Source: Anaerolineae bacterium (GTDB lineage: Bacteria; Chloroflexota; Anaerolineae; UBA1429). Taken from it: 64,000 nt of DNA. A program made the position numbers and the translations under genes. Below the pieces are notes generated by a model. It did not search any database, was not told the DNA's origin, and saw nothing but the letters and a program-made list of their open reading frames with translations. Of this stretch, positions 56,453-64,000 are shown in pieces; positions within the stretch are counted from its first letter, which is position 1; the number at the start of each line of letters is the position of its first letter. The stretch covers positions 1,120,001-1,184,000 of the forward strand of contig OY776562.1 of assembly GCA_963675785.1 (NCBI GenBank), given 5' to 3'.

Positions 56453-56816
56453 ATCAGGAAGAGCTCGTGGATACGAGCAGAGACCAAAACTCTACCAACT
56501 CAGAACAAAGATTGTCAAGGGGTTAAATGGTATTTTTGAAAATAACGCGGTTTTCTATCCTGTTCCCCATTTTCGGCGGCGCAATGGTACGGCAAAAATC
56601 CAGATGGTCAAGGGTTTAAGAGTGGAGATTTTTTCGCGCACTTTGCGAAAAAATACTACCCGCTCCTTGACAGTCTGGATAGGCGGAACGGGCGGAATGG
56701 CGGTAGGCAAGAACGGGTGATATGCTCATTGTCTCTCGCGGGTGGGTATGGTGTAAATTTTTCGATCCGGAGCGATAAATGGGAAAATTTCTTTTTAAAG
56801 CTTGAATGTTAATATG

Positions 56817-56833
56817 CGTTGCTTGTAGCAACG
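56817..56833. promoter_or_regulatory. Dyad upstream of the XRE gene (likely operator)
   Basis: CGTTGCT-TGT-AGCAACG. Confidence 0.5.
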
Positions 56834-56886
56834 GGCAGTTCCTCATACATTAGGGGTAACGACAGAAAGAAAGGAGTTTATCCCTA

Positions 56887-57402
56887 ATGTTAAATGAAAA
56901 CATTAGAACAATCAGAAAATCAAAAGGACTTTCGCAAGAAGAACTTGCTATCAAGCTGAATGTAGTGCGACAAACAATCTCTAAATGGGAGAAAGGTTTG
57001 TCAGTTCCGGATTCTGAGATGCTGCTTTTCATAGCGGAAGTGCTTGAAACACCCGTAAGCACTTTGCTTGGGGAAACTGTTATTGAGTCGAAGGTTGATG
57101 ACTTAAAAGCGATTTCCGAAAAACTGGAGGTTATAAACTTGCAGCTCGCACAAAGGAAGAACACAAGACGAAAAATATTTCATTGGCTATTTATCTTGTT
57201 GTGTGCGGTCATCGTAACAATTTCTGCCGTCATAATAATATTGGACAGTCCTTACTTAGGTTGGGATTATAGTGACCCTGAAACTGCCGTTGTAGGAGTA
57301 GCTTTTCACGCATTTGAATGGCTGTTTGTTAGGTTAGCACCGTTTATCCTTATAGGGATAGGGGCAAGTATTGGAATTTTTTTGACACGGAAGAAAGTAT
57401 AA
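56887..57402 (+). CDS. XRE family HTH regulator with two C-terminal TM segments
   Basis: RKSKGLSQEELA..LNVVRQTISKWEKG.S.PD; hydrophobic C-terminus; AAGGAG RBS. Confidence 0.9.
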   Translation: MLNENIRTIRKSKGLSQEELAIKLNVVRQTISKWEKGLSVPDSEMLLFIAEVLETPVSTLLGETVIESKVDDLKAISEKLEVINLQLAQRKNTRRKIFHWLFILLCAVIVTISAVIIILDSPYLGWDYSDPETAVVGVAFHAFEWLFVRLAPFILIGIGASIGIFLTRKKV

Positions 57403-57479
57403 AACTGCCCTGCTTTTCGGGGTACAGTTCAGACTTCAAAATCCTCAGTCTGTCGGACTGATTAAACGCTCCATAGTGC

Positions 57480-57779
57480 TCAAATAAATGTCGGCGGGCA
57501 GATAGAACTGCCCGCCGATTTGCCTTTTTGCAACTCCTTGTCCTGCGTCCTGCGCGGTGCTTGCTCCCGCTGTTCCCGCCGCAAGATATTGTAAACGCTC
57601 TTTCGGAGTTGCTCGGCTTCCTTTACCTCGTCTTTGAGGGCAAGATACCTCTGATTGAGCGTTTTCCTCTCGGCGGTCAGCTTGGCATATTCCACTCTAA
57701 TGCCGTGAAACTCCTGAAAATGAGCCGCTTGCCATGCTGTTTTAGTGGCGGTATTATTACCACCCTTTACAGCATACAT
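57480..57779 (-). pseudogene. C-terminal fragment of a MobA/MobL-like relaxase
   Basis: KLTAERKTLNQRYLALKDEVKEAEQLRKSVYNILRREQRE...QDKEL resembles clostridial relaxase C-termini; catalytic domain absent; frame reads through the hairpin at 57491-57518. Confidence 0.6.
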
Positions 57780-58222
57780 TCCAGGTTGGTGGAGTTTTCT
57801 GTAAAATCTAGCTCGTATTTGGTTCCGTGATGGAAAAGCACGCCATCCGTCAAACGGATACGGAGAATGCAGGTGTTCGGGTCATTTTCGTTGGTGTGGC
57901 CGTTTGAATACCATTCTGCAAACACTTGACGGAGCTTTTTCATGAGCATCGTGTTTTTGTCATCGAGCGGATGCCCGATGTTTTCCCCGATGCCATGTGC
58001 GGTAAACCATTCACCACAGATAGCGACTGTTGGGTTCTGTTCAATTTGTTTCATCTTGTTGGAAAGCGCATAAGTAACCGTATAAAATGCGCCGTCCTCG
58101 TAGTAGCTGTTCACGATACGCACAGAGGGGCGATTCCCATCCAAGGTCGCAATTGAGATGAGCGTATCATGGCCAAAGCGTTCCGCTAAAAGTGATAATG
58201 CTCTAGTGTCCTTCTGATTCAT
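57767..58222 (-). CDS. Pyridoxamine 5'-phosphate oxidase-like FMN-binding protein
   Basis: SIATLDGNRPSVR.V, SNKMKQIEQNP.VA. Confidence 0.85.
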   Translation of the reverse strand: MNQKDTRALSLLAERFGHDTLISIATLDGNRPSVRIVNSYYEDGAFYTVTYALSNKMKQIEQNPTVAICGEWFTAHGIGENIGHPLDDKNTMLMKKLRQVFAEWYSNGHTNENDPNTCILRIRLTDGVLFHHGTKYELDFTENSTNLECML

Positions 58223-58326
58223 AGTTTTGCCTTTATTTCTATCAAACCATTCTTTTACTGTGCAGTATGAAGAGTATACTACAATTAGGGACGCACTTGT
58301 GTACAACGCTTTGCTGATAAACGCGA

Positions 58327-58357
58327 AAACAGGAACAGCTTTGAGCTGTTCCTGTTT
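58327..58357. terminator. Terminator hairpin downstream of the kinase gene
   Basis: AAACAGGAACAGCT / AGCTGTTCCTGTTT 14-bp stem. Confidence 0.8.
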
Positions 58358-58378
58358 CATAACGAGGAGCTCTTGTTG

Positions 58379-60361
58379 TTATTCAGCAGGCGCTGCCAGG
58401 AAGCGTCCGGCAATCCAGCCCGTACCGCCGCGCTCCAATTCGACGTTGATCCAGGCATAGTTATCAGCGTAGACGGGGCCTTCCAACACGGTAACGGCCA
58501 TACCCTCTTCTTCAGAATAGCTGACAGCGTAACTGAGCCCTGGCCCAGTGCGCAAATTAGCACCTCTGCCGCCAGTTCCTGCAATAAGGGCCTGATCACC
58601 AGCGGAAAGACCGAACACAATAGTGGGTCCTGGCGTGACGGTAGGCTCTTCTGTTGGTGTAGGTTCGGGCGTGTTGGTTGGAACCAACGTCGCAGTAGGC
58701 TTGGGTGTTGCTGTCACCAGCGGTGTAAAGGTGGGCACCGGCGAAGAGACAACGATGACTTGTGTGGGAGCTGTGGTCGGTTTGACTGTGGCTGTTGGTG
58801 CTGCTGTTGGTTGGGCAAAAGGCGACGTAATGCCCGCCCAGCTGAGCATGTTTGTCTCCCACAGAGCCAAAAAAGCCAAACAGAGGATGAGGAAAATCGT
58901 GCCTACCCAGCGCCAGGGCCTTTTCTTGGGGCGAACCTCGTCCAATGGTTCCCAGGTTGCAGTGCCCAGAGGATCGCGCGTTCGATCTGCTTGTACTGGT
59001 GCAATCTCGTCATCAGGTATCGGCTCTGACATCTCGGGCTCTGAGAGATCGTCCGGTGCATCGAGCCCTTCTACCTCTGGGGTCTGATCGTCAATTTCAT
59101 CAGGCTCCATCGCTTCCGGTTCCTTCTCTTGCATGTTTTCGTTCTCTGTCACTTGAGGCTCCTTGAATGTTGAGGGCAAGACGTCTTCTTGAAGCGAGTT
59201 GAGAATCTGCAACAGCTCTTGTGCTGTTTGGGGTCTCTTCCATGGATCGGAAGACAGACATCTTGCGACGAGTCCATCCAGGGTTGGCGCAATACCCGTC
59301 ACAAGTTGACCGGGGCGCGTCCCAGGGGGGTGCTCTTTATAGAGTTGCAGCGTCAACATCTCAAACAACACGACACCCACAGCATAAAGATCTGCCGAGG
59401 GAGATACAATCCCATCGCCCGATAGCTGTTCAGGGGCCACATAAAGGGGCGTTCCGGCGCGCAAAAGCCCGGGGCTGCCCTCGGTCTCGCTGGCGCGCCC
59501 AAATTGGGCCAGCCCAAAATCTCCGAGATGGGCATCGCCGTTGGCATCAAAGAGAATGTTCGACGGTTTGACGTCGCGATGGACGATCCTCAACGGATGC
59601 TCGTGAGCGGCCTGGAGCGCCAGCAGCACCCGTCGCGTGATGGCAATAGCGCGAGAGTGAGGCAGTGGACGTTTGCGCTGCTCAAGCAGATCGCCCAAAG
59701 AACCGCCGGGCATGTATTCCATGACCAACAATATCCGGCCATTGAGCCGCTCAGTCGTTAGCGCACGGACGATAGCGGGCGCCTGTACGGCCTCCAGTTC
59801 GGCGCAAACCTGTAACTCACGGGCGTAACGGGCGTTCATCTCGTTACCCTGGAAGGGAAGCAGGTCTTCGCGAGGCACTTTGATGGCCACCTTGCGATCG
59901 TGCATATCCGGTTCGTGAGCAGCCCAGACACTCGCCATACTGCCCTGGCCAATGAGCGCATCGAGCACATATTTATCAACTAGCGAAAGGCCTGCCCGAA
60001 AATGGACATGCGGCGCGACGGCTGGAGCCGACGCAGTAGGTTTGACGATACTTGCATCTTTGTTGGCGCGTGTGCCAATGGCTGTAGCACAGAGCTGAAA
60101 ACCGTTAGCCGCCCGTTCACGCATGCTGGAAAGCGGGATCAGGTCCATAGCCTGTTCGTAATCATCCCTGGCCATAGCCAGATGACCCAGGTGTCGATAG
60201 CCCTCGGCTCGCTCCAGATAAAGCTGTCCGGCCTCGGGGTAGATTCGGAGAAGCCGCTCAAACTCTTCTTCGCCACGCGACAGATCGGCAAGCATGATGC
60301 GATAAGCTCGCTGAGCAAGGTAACGCAGGTCTCGTTTGTCGGTTGGGGGCGTCTCAGGCAT
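58379..60361 (-). CDS. Hanks-type Ser/Thr kinase: TPR - kinase - TM - PT linker - SH3b-like domain
   Basis: GQGSMA, VAIK, HRDVKPSN, DFG, GTPLYVAPE; TM; ANLRTGPG...GP....YAW.......GWIA; ATG 60361 after GGAG. Confidence 0.9.
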   Translation of the reverse strand: MPETPPTDKRDLRYLAQRAYRIMLADLSRGEEEFERLLRIYPEAGQLYLERAEGYRHLGHLAMARDDYEQAMDLIPLSSMRERAANGFQLCATAIGTRANKDASIVKPTASAPAVAPHVHFRAGLSLVDKYVLDALIGQGSMASVWAAHEPDMHDRKVAIKVPREDLLPFQGNEMNARYARELQVCAELEAVQAPAIVRALTTERLNGRILLVMEYMPGGSLGDLLEQRKRPLPHSRAIAITRRVLLALQAAHEHPLRIVHRDVKPSNILFDANGDAHLGDFGLAQFGRASETEGSPGLLRAGTPLYVAPEQLSGDGIVSPSADLYAVGVVLFEMLTLQLYKEHPPGTRPGQLVTGIAPTLDGLVARCLSSDPWKRPQTAQELLQILNSLQEDVLPSTFKEPQVTENENMQEKEPEAMEPDEIDDQTPEVEGLDAPDDLSEPEMSEPIPDDEIAPVQADRTRDPLGTATWEPLDEVRPKKRPWRWVGTIFLILCLAFLALWETNMLSWAGITSPFAQPTAAPTATVKPTTAPTQVIVVSSPVPTFTPLVTATPKPTATLVPTNTPEPTPTEEPTVTPGPTIVFGLSAGDQALIAGTGGRGANLRTGPGLSYAVSYSEEEGMAVTVLEGPVYADNYAWINVELERGGTGWIAGRFLAAPAE

Positions 60362-60496
60362 AGCTTCTCCGCAAAATTCATGCAGCCTGTACATTATATC
60401 GCTCGATTCTACTTGTGCAACAGCATTGGGGCACTTTTGTGGACATTGGATGTGTGCCCGTTTACAATGGGATACGTGTTTTGGAGTGGAGAGGAT

Positions 60497-62674
60497 ATGA
60501 ATGTAGACCAGCAAGAGCAGCTTTTGCGATTAACACCTGTGCAGCAAGTCTGTGTCGATCACGATTCTGGCAGCCTTTGGGTGCATGGTCCGGTAGGCAC
60601 TGGCAAGACCGTTGCTTTGCAGCAACGGTTGGTGCGCATGCTGGGCGAAGGGATCTATCCACAGAGCATTTTGATGCTCTTGACCAATCGCGCCCAGGTG
60701 CAGCTTTGCGAAGAGGTGCTCTACAGTAGCCCTGCAGCAGTGCGCGGCCAGGCCTGGCTAACGACATTCCCCAGTTTGTGCCGTAAGATGGTGGCTCTCT
60801 ATTGGCCCGAGATTGCCAATGCAGCTGGATTGGATGGACAGCAAGAGCCTTGTTTCTTGAGCATTGAGGCGACGCAATATCATCTTTGGCAGATTGTAGA
60901 GCCGTTGATACAGCAAAAGGGCTATTTTGCAGAGTTGGCCATTCGGCGTGAACGGCTGCTTTCGCAGCTCATCGACAACCTTAACAAGTCGGCGCAGGTT
61001 GGTTTTGCCCACACTGAGATTGAGGAACGACTGACCTCGGCCTGGGCGGGTAGCCCCGAACGAATTACCTCTTATCGCCAAGCCCAGCATTGCGCTTTGC
61101 TCTTTCGGCAGTATTGTCTGGAGCACAACCTGGTCGATTACTCGTTGACTATCGAGCTGTTCAATCACTTTGTACGGCCCCTGGCGGCTCAGGGAGGCCC
61201 GCTGGCCGATGTGCAGCATGTGCTGGTGGACAACTTGGAGGAGAATGTGCCGGTCGCGCTGGACTGGTTGGATAGCCTAAAGACTCGATGTACAACGATG
61301 GTGTTGGCCAGTGATGATTGGGGCGGTTATCGAAGCTTTTTGGGTGCCGATCCGGAGTCAGCGACGGCGGTGGGACAGAGTTGTGAGCAGGAGCTGGCTT
61401 TTGAGGCACTCTTGCGACCTGTGGGCAACACACGAGCCCTTACTGAGGCAGTGTGTACGGCATTGGGCTGCCCCTCCGAAGATAAAGATTCCTGCGCACA
61501 ACCATCGGCGGCTGAGGCGCTCTCGGCAATACGAGGCCAGGGCGGCGCCGAGTTTTGGATTGGCCAGGTGCGCTGGGTGGCAGATACGGTGGCTGAGCTG
61601 GTGACGGAGCGAGGTGTGGCTCCCGAACGAATCGCCCTTATTGCCCCTTATGTCAGCGAGGTCATGCGCTTTACACTGAGTGAAGAGTTGGCTCAACGTG
61701 GACTGCATCTGGCGCTGCTGCGGCCCTCGATGCCGCTCAACGAGCATCCCGTGGTGCGGGCGGCGTTGACGTTGACACGATTGGCCCATCCCGATTACAG
61801 CGTGCGCATCTTTGGTACACCGCTGGTACTGGGCGAAGAGGATGTTGCCCTGGCGCTGGAATACGCCCTGGCCGGCCTGGACAAGGTGCGGGCTTTGGTA
61901 CTGGCGCGAGCAGCCTATGATCCACAAACCACCAGCCTGCGGCCACTTTCTGGCGAGCTCAGCGATCGTCAGCAGGCTGACGCGGCTCGCACCTGGCAGC
62001 GGTTGGGCTATCGCTACCAGGCGCCTTATGAGCGTTTGCAGGGCTGGCTGGCGGCTTATCGCACGGGCATCCCCAATGCTTTGGATGAATTTCTGGGCCG
62101 CCTGTTTGGCGAGGTGCTCTCTCAGCAGGATATGGCGCTGCATAGCGATGCGGCCGGTATTCGCGCCTATGCGCGGTTGGTAGAAGCTGCCCAAGGGTTG
62201 TATGAATCGGGTTTGGGCATGAGCGGCAGTGATCCTCTGGAGACGGGGCAGGCTTTTATGAATCTGGTGCTGGGGGGTATGGCCAGCGCTGAGTATCTGC
62301 TGGATTGGCAGCAGACCGAGGATGATGCCGTGCTGTTGACGCCAGCCTATGCATACCTGACGCGTGAGCAATCGTCGGATTACCAGTTTTGGATGGACCT
62401 GGGGGCCAATGGCTGGTGGACGCGGCCCAACCAACCGCTGACGCACCCGTATGTGCTTTCGCGTAACTGGCTGCTAGGTGCCAAGTGGAGCGATCGCGAG
62501 GAGAACGAGGCTCGGCGAACGGCTTTGGCCCGTGTGCTGCGCGGCCTGGCTTCTCGCTGTACCGGCGGCATTTATTTGGCCTCAAGCCGGCTGGGAATGA
62601 ATGGTGAAGAACAAAGCGGGCCGCTGTTGCGGGCTGTGCTGGTGGCGATGACGAGGTTGAGGGCCAATGGCTGA
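60497..62674 (+). CDS. Degenerate UvrD/AddB-like helicase-fold protein
   Basis: GPVGTGKT Walker A; Walker B altered (LVDNLEE); QFWMD and RC..GIYL C-terminal motifs; overlaps the next gene. Confidence 0.75.
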   Translation: MNVDQQEQLLRLTPVQQVCVDHDSGSLWVHGPVGTGKTVALQQRLVRMLGEGIYPQSILMLLTNRAQVQLCEEVLYSSPAAVRGQAWLTTFPSLCRKMVALYWPEIANAAGLDGQQEPCFLSIEATQYHLWQIVEPLIQQKGYFAELAIRRERLLSQLIDNLNKSAQVGFAHTEIEERLTSAWAGSPERITSYRQAQHCALLFRQYCLEHNLVDYSLTIELFNHFVRPLAAQGGPLADVQHVLVDNLEENVPVALDWLDSLKTRCTTMVLASDDWGGYRSFLGADPESATAVGQSCEQELAFEALLRPVGNTRALTEAVCTALGCPSEDKDSCAQPSAAEALSAIRGQGGAEFWIGQVRWVADTVAELVTERGVAPERIALIAPYVSEVMRFTLSEELAQRGLHLALLRPSMPLNEHPVVRAALTLTRLAHPDYSVRIFGTPLVLGEEDVALALEYALAGLDKVRALVLARAAYDPQTTSLRPLSGELSDRQQADAARTWQRLGYRYQAPYERLQGWLAAYRTGIPNALDEFLGRLFGEVLSQQDMALHSDAAGIRAYARLVEAAQGLYESGLGMSGSDPLETGQAFMNLVLGGMASAEYLLDWQQTEDDAVLLTPAYAYLTREQSSDYQFWMDLGANGWWTRPNQPLTHPYVLSRNWLLGAKWSDREENEARRTALARVLRGLASRCTGGIYLASSRLGMNGEEQSGPLLRAVLVAMTRLRANG

Positions 62675-64000
62675 GCGCATCACAGAGCTTTTCGGTTATC
62701 GCCTGCGCGATGCCCAACAAGAGATTATGGCTTACCAGGGCGGCAAGCTCGCCGTCTCAGCGGTGCCGGGCAGTGGAAAAACGCTCACGCTGGCCCTGCT
62801 GGCAGCCCAGCTCATCGTTGATGGCAAGATTGGCGACCAGGGAGAAGTGTTGGTGGTAACCGTACAGAATTCGGCTGTGACCAACATCTCGGCACGCATT
62901 CGCCAAATATTGGAGAGTGAGCACCTGCCGCCGGTAGGCTTTCGGGTGTGCACACTGCACCGACTGGCGGCAGATATTCTGCGGCGGCGTTATGACCTGG
63001 CCGGCATGGAAGAGACTCTGCTCATCGTTGATGATGGCGAGGCCGGGCGGCTTATCGATCGCGCCATCGATACCTGGCTGGCAACCCACAGCGCCTGGTG
63101 GGAGAGCTTTTTGGGCGAGAACGCTGGCAAGAGCAGTGTGGTGCAGGCCTGGCGTCGTGAAACAGAAAAGATTGCGCACGAGGTTATCAAAGAGTGCAAG
63201 CACTTGCGGCTGCATCCCTCTGAGGCGCGCCAGATGCTGGGCTCACGCGGCGCTCAGGAATCGCCTTTTTTACTGATGGGCATTGAGATATACGAGCTGT
63301 ATGCCCGTTACTTGCAGACACGCGGCGGACTCGATTTCGATGATCTCATCTGGCGGGCGATCGAGGCTCTGAAACAGGACAGTTCATTCCTGACGAGTTT
63401 GCGAGAAGCCTGGCCCTATATTCTGGAGGATGAAGCCCAGGATAGTTCACCGCTGCAGGAGAATATCCTGGCGGCATTGGCCGGTGCGGAAGGCAACTGG
63501 GTACGCGTGGGTGATCCCAATCAGTCTATCAACAGCACTTTTACGGCGGCTGATCCCCGCTATTTCAGGCGTTTTGCCGAACGATCGGATGTGGCTTCGC
63601 TGACACTGCCGCAAACGGGCCGCTGCGCACAGCCCATCATGGATTTGGCCAACAATCTGGTGGATTGGACTACTGCGTCTCATCCTGATGCAGTGATACG
63701 CAGCATGGCCTTTCAGCACCAGCATATGCTACCCACCGATGCAGGAGACCCTCAGCCGAACCCATCTGCCAATGACGCCAAGATCAGTATCCGACCAGAG
63801 CCCTTTGAGACCGAACAGCAAGAGACCACCTGGGTGGCGACCTGGGCGGGAAAGTATGTGAGTATGCACCCCGAACGCACCTGTGCCATCCTTTGCCCCA
63901 CGCAGATCAGCGGCTCGAACTATGTACAGCAACTGCAAAACGCCACGCCACCGGTGCCCTGTGAAGACTTGTTACGTTCAACGCCGCAAACACGGGCGAT
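62667..64000 (+). CDS. UvrD/PcrA/AddA-family ATP-dependent helicase (runs off the window end)
   Basis: Read manually from ATG 62667: LRDAQ, AVPGSGKT, LDFDDLI, ILEDEAQDS, VGDPNQSI; absent from the ORF track because it has no stop in the window. Confidence 0.9.
   Translation, partial: MAERITELFGYRLRDAQQEIMAYQGGKLAVSAVPGSGKTLTLALLAAQLIVDGKIGDQGEVLVVTVQNSAVTNISARIRQILESEHLPPVGFRVCTLHRLAADILRRRYDLAGMEETLLIVDDGEAGRLIDRAIDTWLATHSAWWESFLGENAGKSSVVQAWRRETEKIAHEVIKECKHLRLHPSEARQMLGSRGAQESPFLLMGIEIYELYARYLQTRGGLDFDDLIWRAIEALKQDSSFLTSLREAWPYILEDEAQDSSPLQENILAALAGAEGNWVRVGDPNQSINSTFTAADPRYFRRFAERSDVASLTLPQTGRCAQPIMDLANNLVDWTTASHPDAVIRSMAFQHQHMLPTDAGDPQPNPSANDAKISIRPEPFETEQQETTWVATWAGKYVSMHPERTCAILCPTQISGSNYVQQLQNATPPVPCEDLLRSTPQTRA

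Larger units (their letters stand above)
56479..58370. mobile_element. Remnant of a Firmicutes-type mobilisable/conjugative element (XRE regulator, relaxase fragment, PNPOx-like gene)
   Basis: AT-richer composition, Clostridia-like genes, MobA/MobL-like C-terminal fragment, GAGC direct repeat at the inferred junctions; no integrase. Confidence 0.6.

Noticed and set aside
60002-60514. Long N-terminal extensions making the kinase and helicase ORFs overlap
   Set aside because: RBS-supported starts at 60361 (-) and 60497 (+) leave an ordinary divergent intergenic region
49069-62446. Long antisense ORFs (49069-50169, 53940-54968, 61358-62446; likewise 1895-2728, 27475-28398, 30026-30958)
   Set aside because: Shadow frames of well-supported GC-rich genes, with no motifs or RBS

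Overview
A 64-kb chromosomal window from a GC-rich, saccharolytic, probably monoderm bacterium. Pro/Thr-rich linkers on surface proteins, a Tat family-5 solute-binding lipoprotein and MacAB without TolC suggest Chloroflexota/Anaerolineae (inference). About 60 genes: glycan catabolism (two GH4, GH2 beta-mannosidase, sialidase, sulfatase, deacetylase), redox/detox genes, MarR-MacAB efflux, PPK2, two GT4, a Ser/Thr kinase and a UvrD-family gene pair. Four AT-richer, apparently foreign cassettes sit between convergent host genes; no integrase or transposase is present. Best leads: (1) a cobalamin-riboswitch ECF operon whose two surface proteins look like the separated alpha-barrel and beta domains of animal transcobalamin/intrinsic factor; (2) a standalone ~145-190 nt structured ncRNA with its own sigma70 promoter and terminator; (3) a fucokinase-like GHMP kinase fused to a UDP-sugar pyrophosphorylase, downstream of a degenerate GalU; (4) a degenerate plus intact UvrD pair; (5) a 1.9-kb insertion whose removal rebuilds a perfect terminator stem. 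No rRNA, tRNA or CRISPR array was seen. All calls are from motif reading by eye; no database searches were run.
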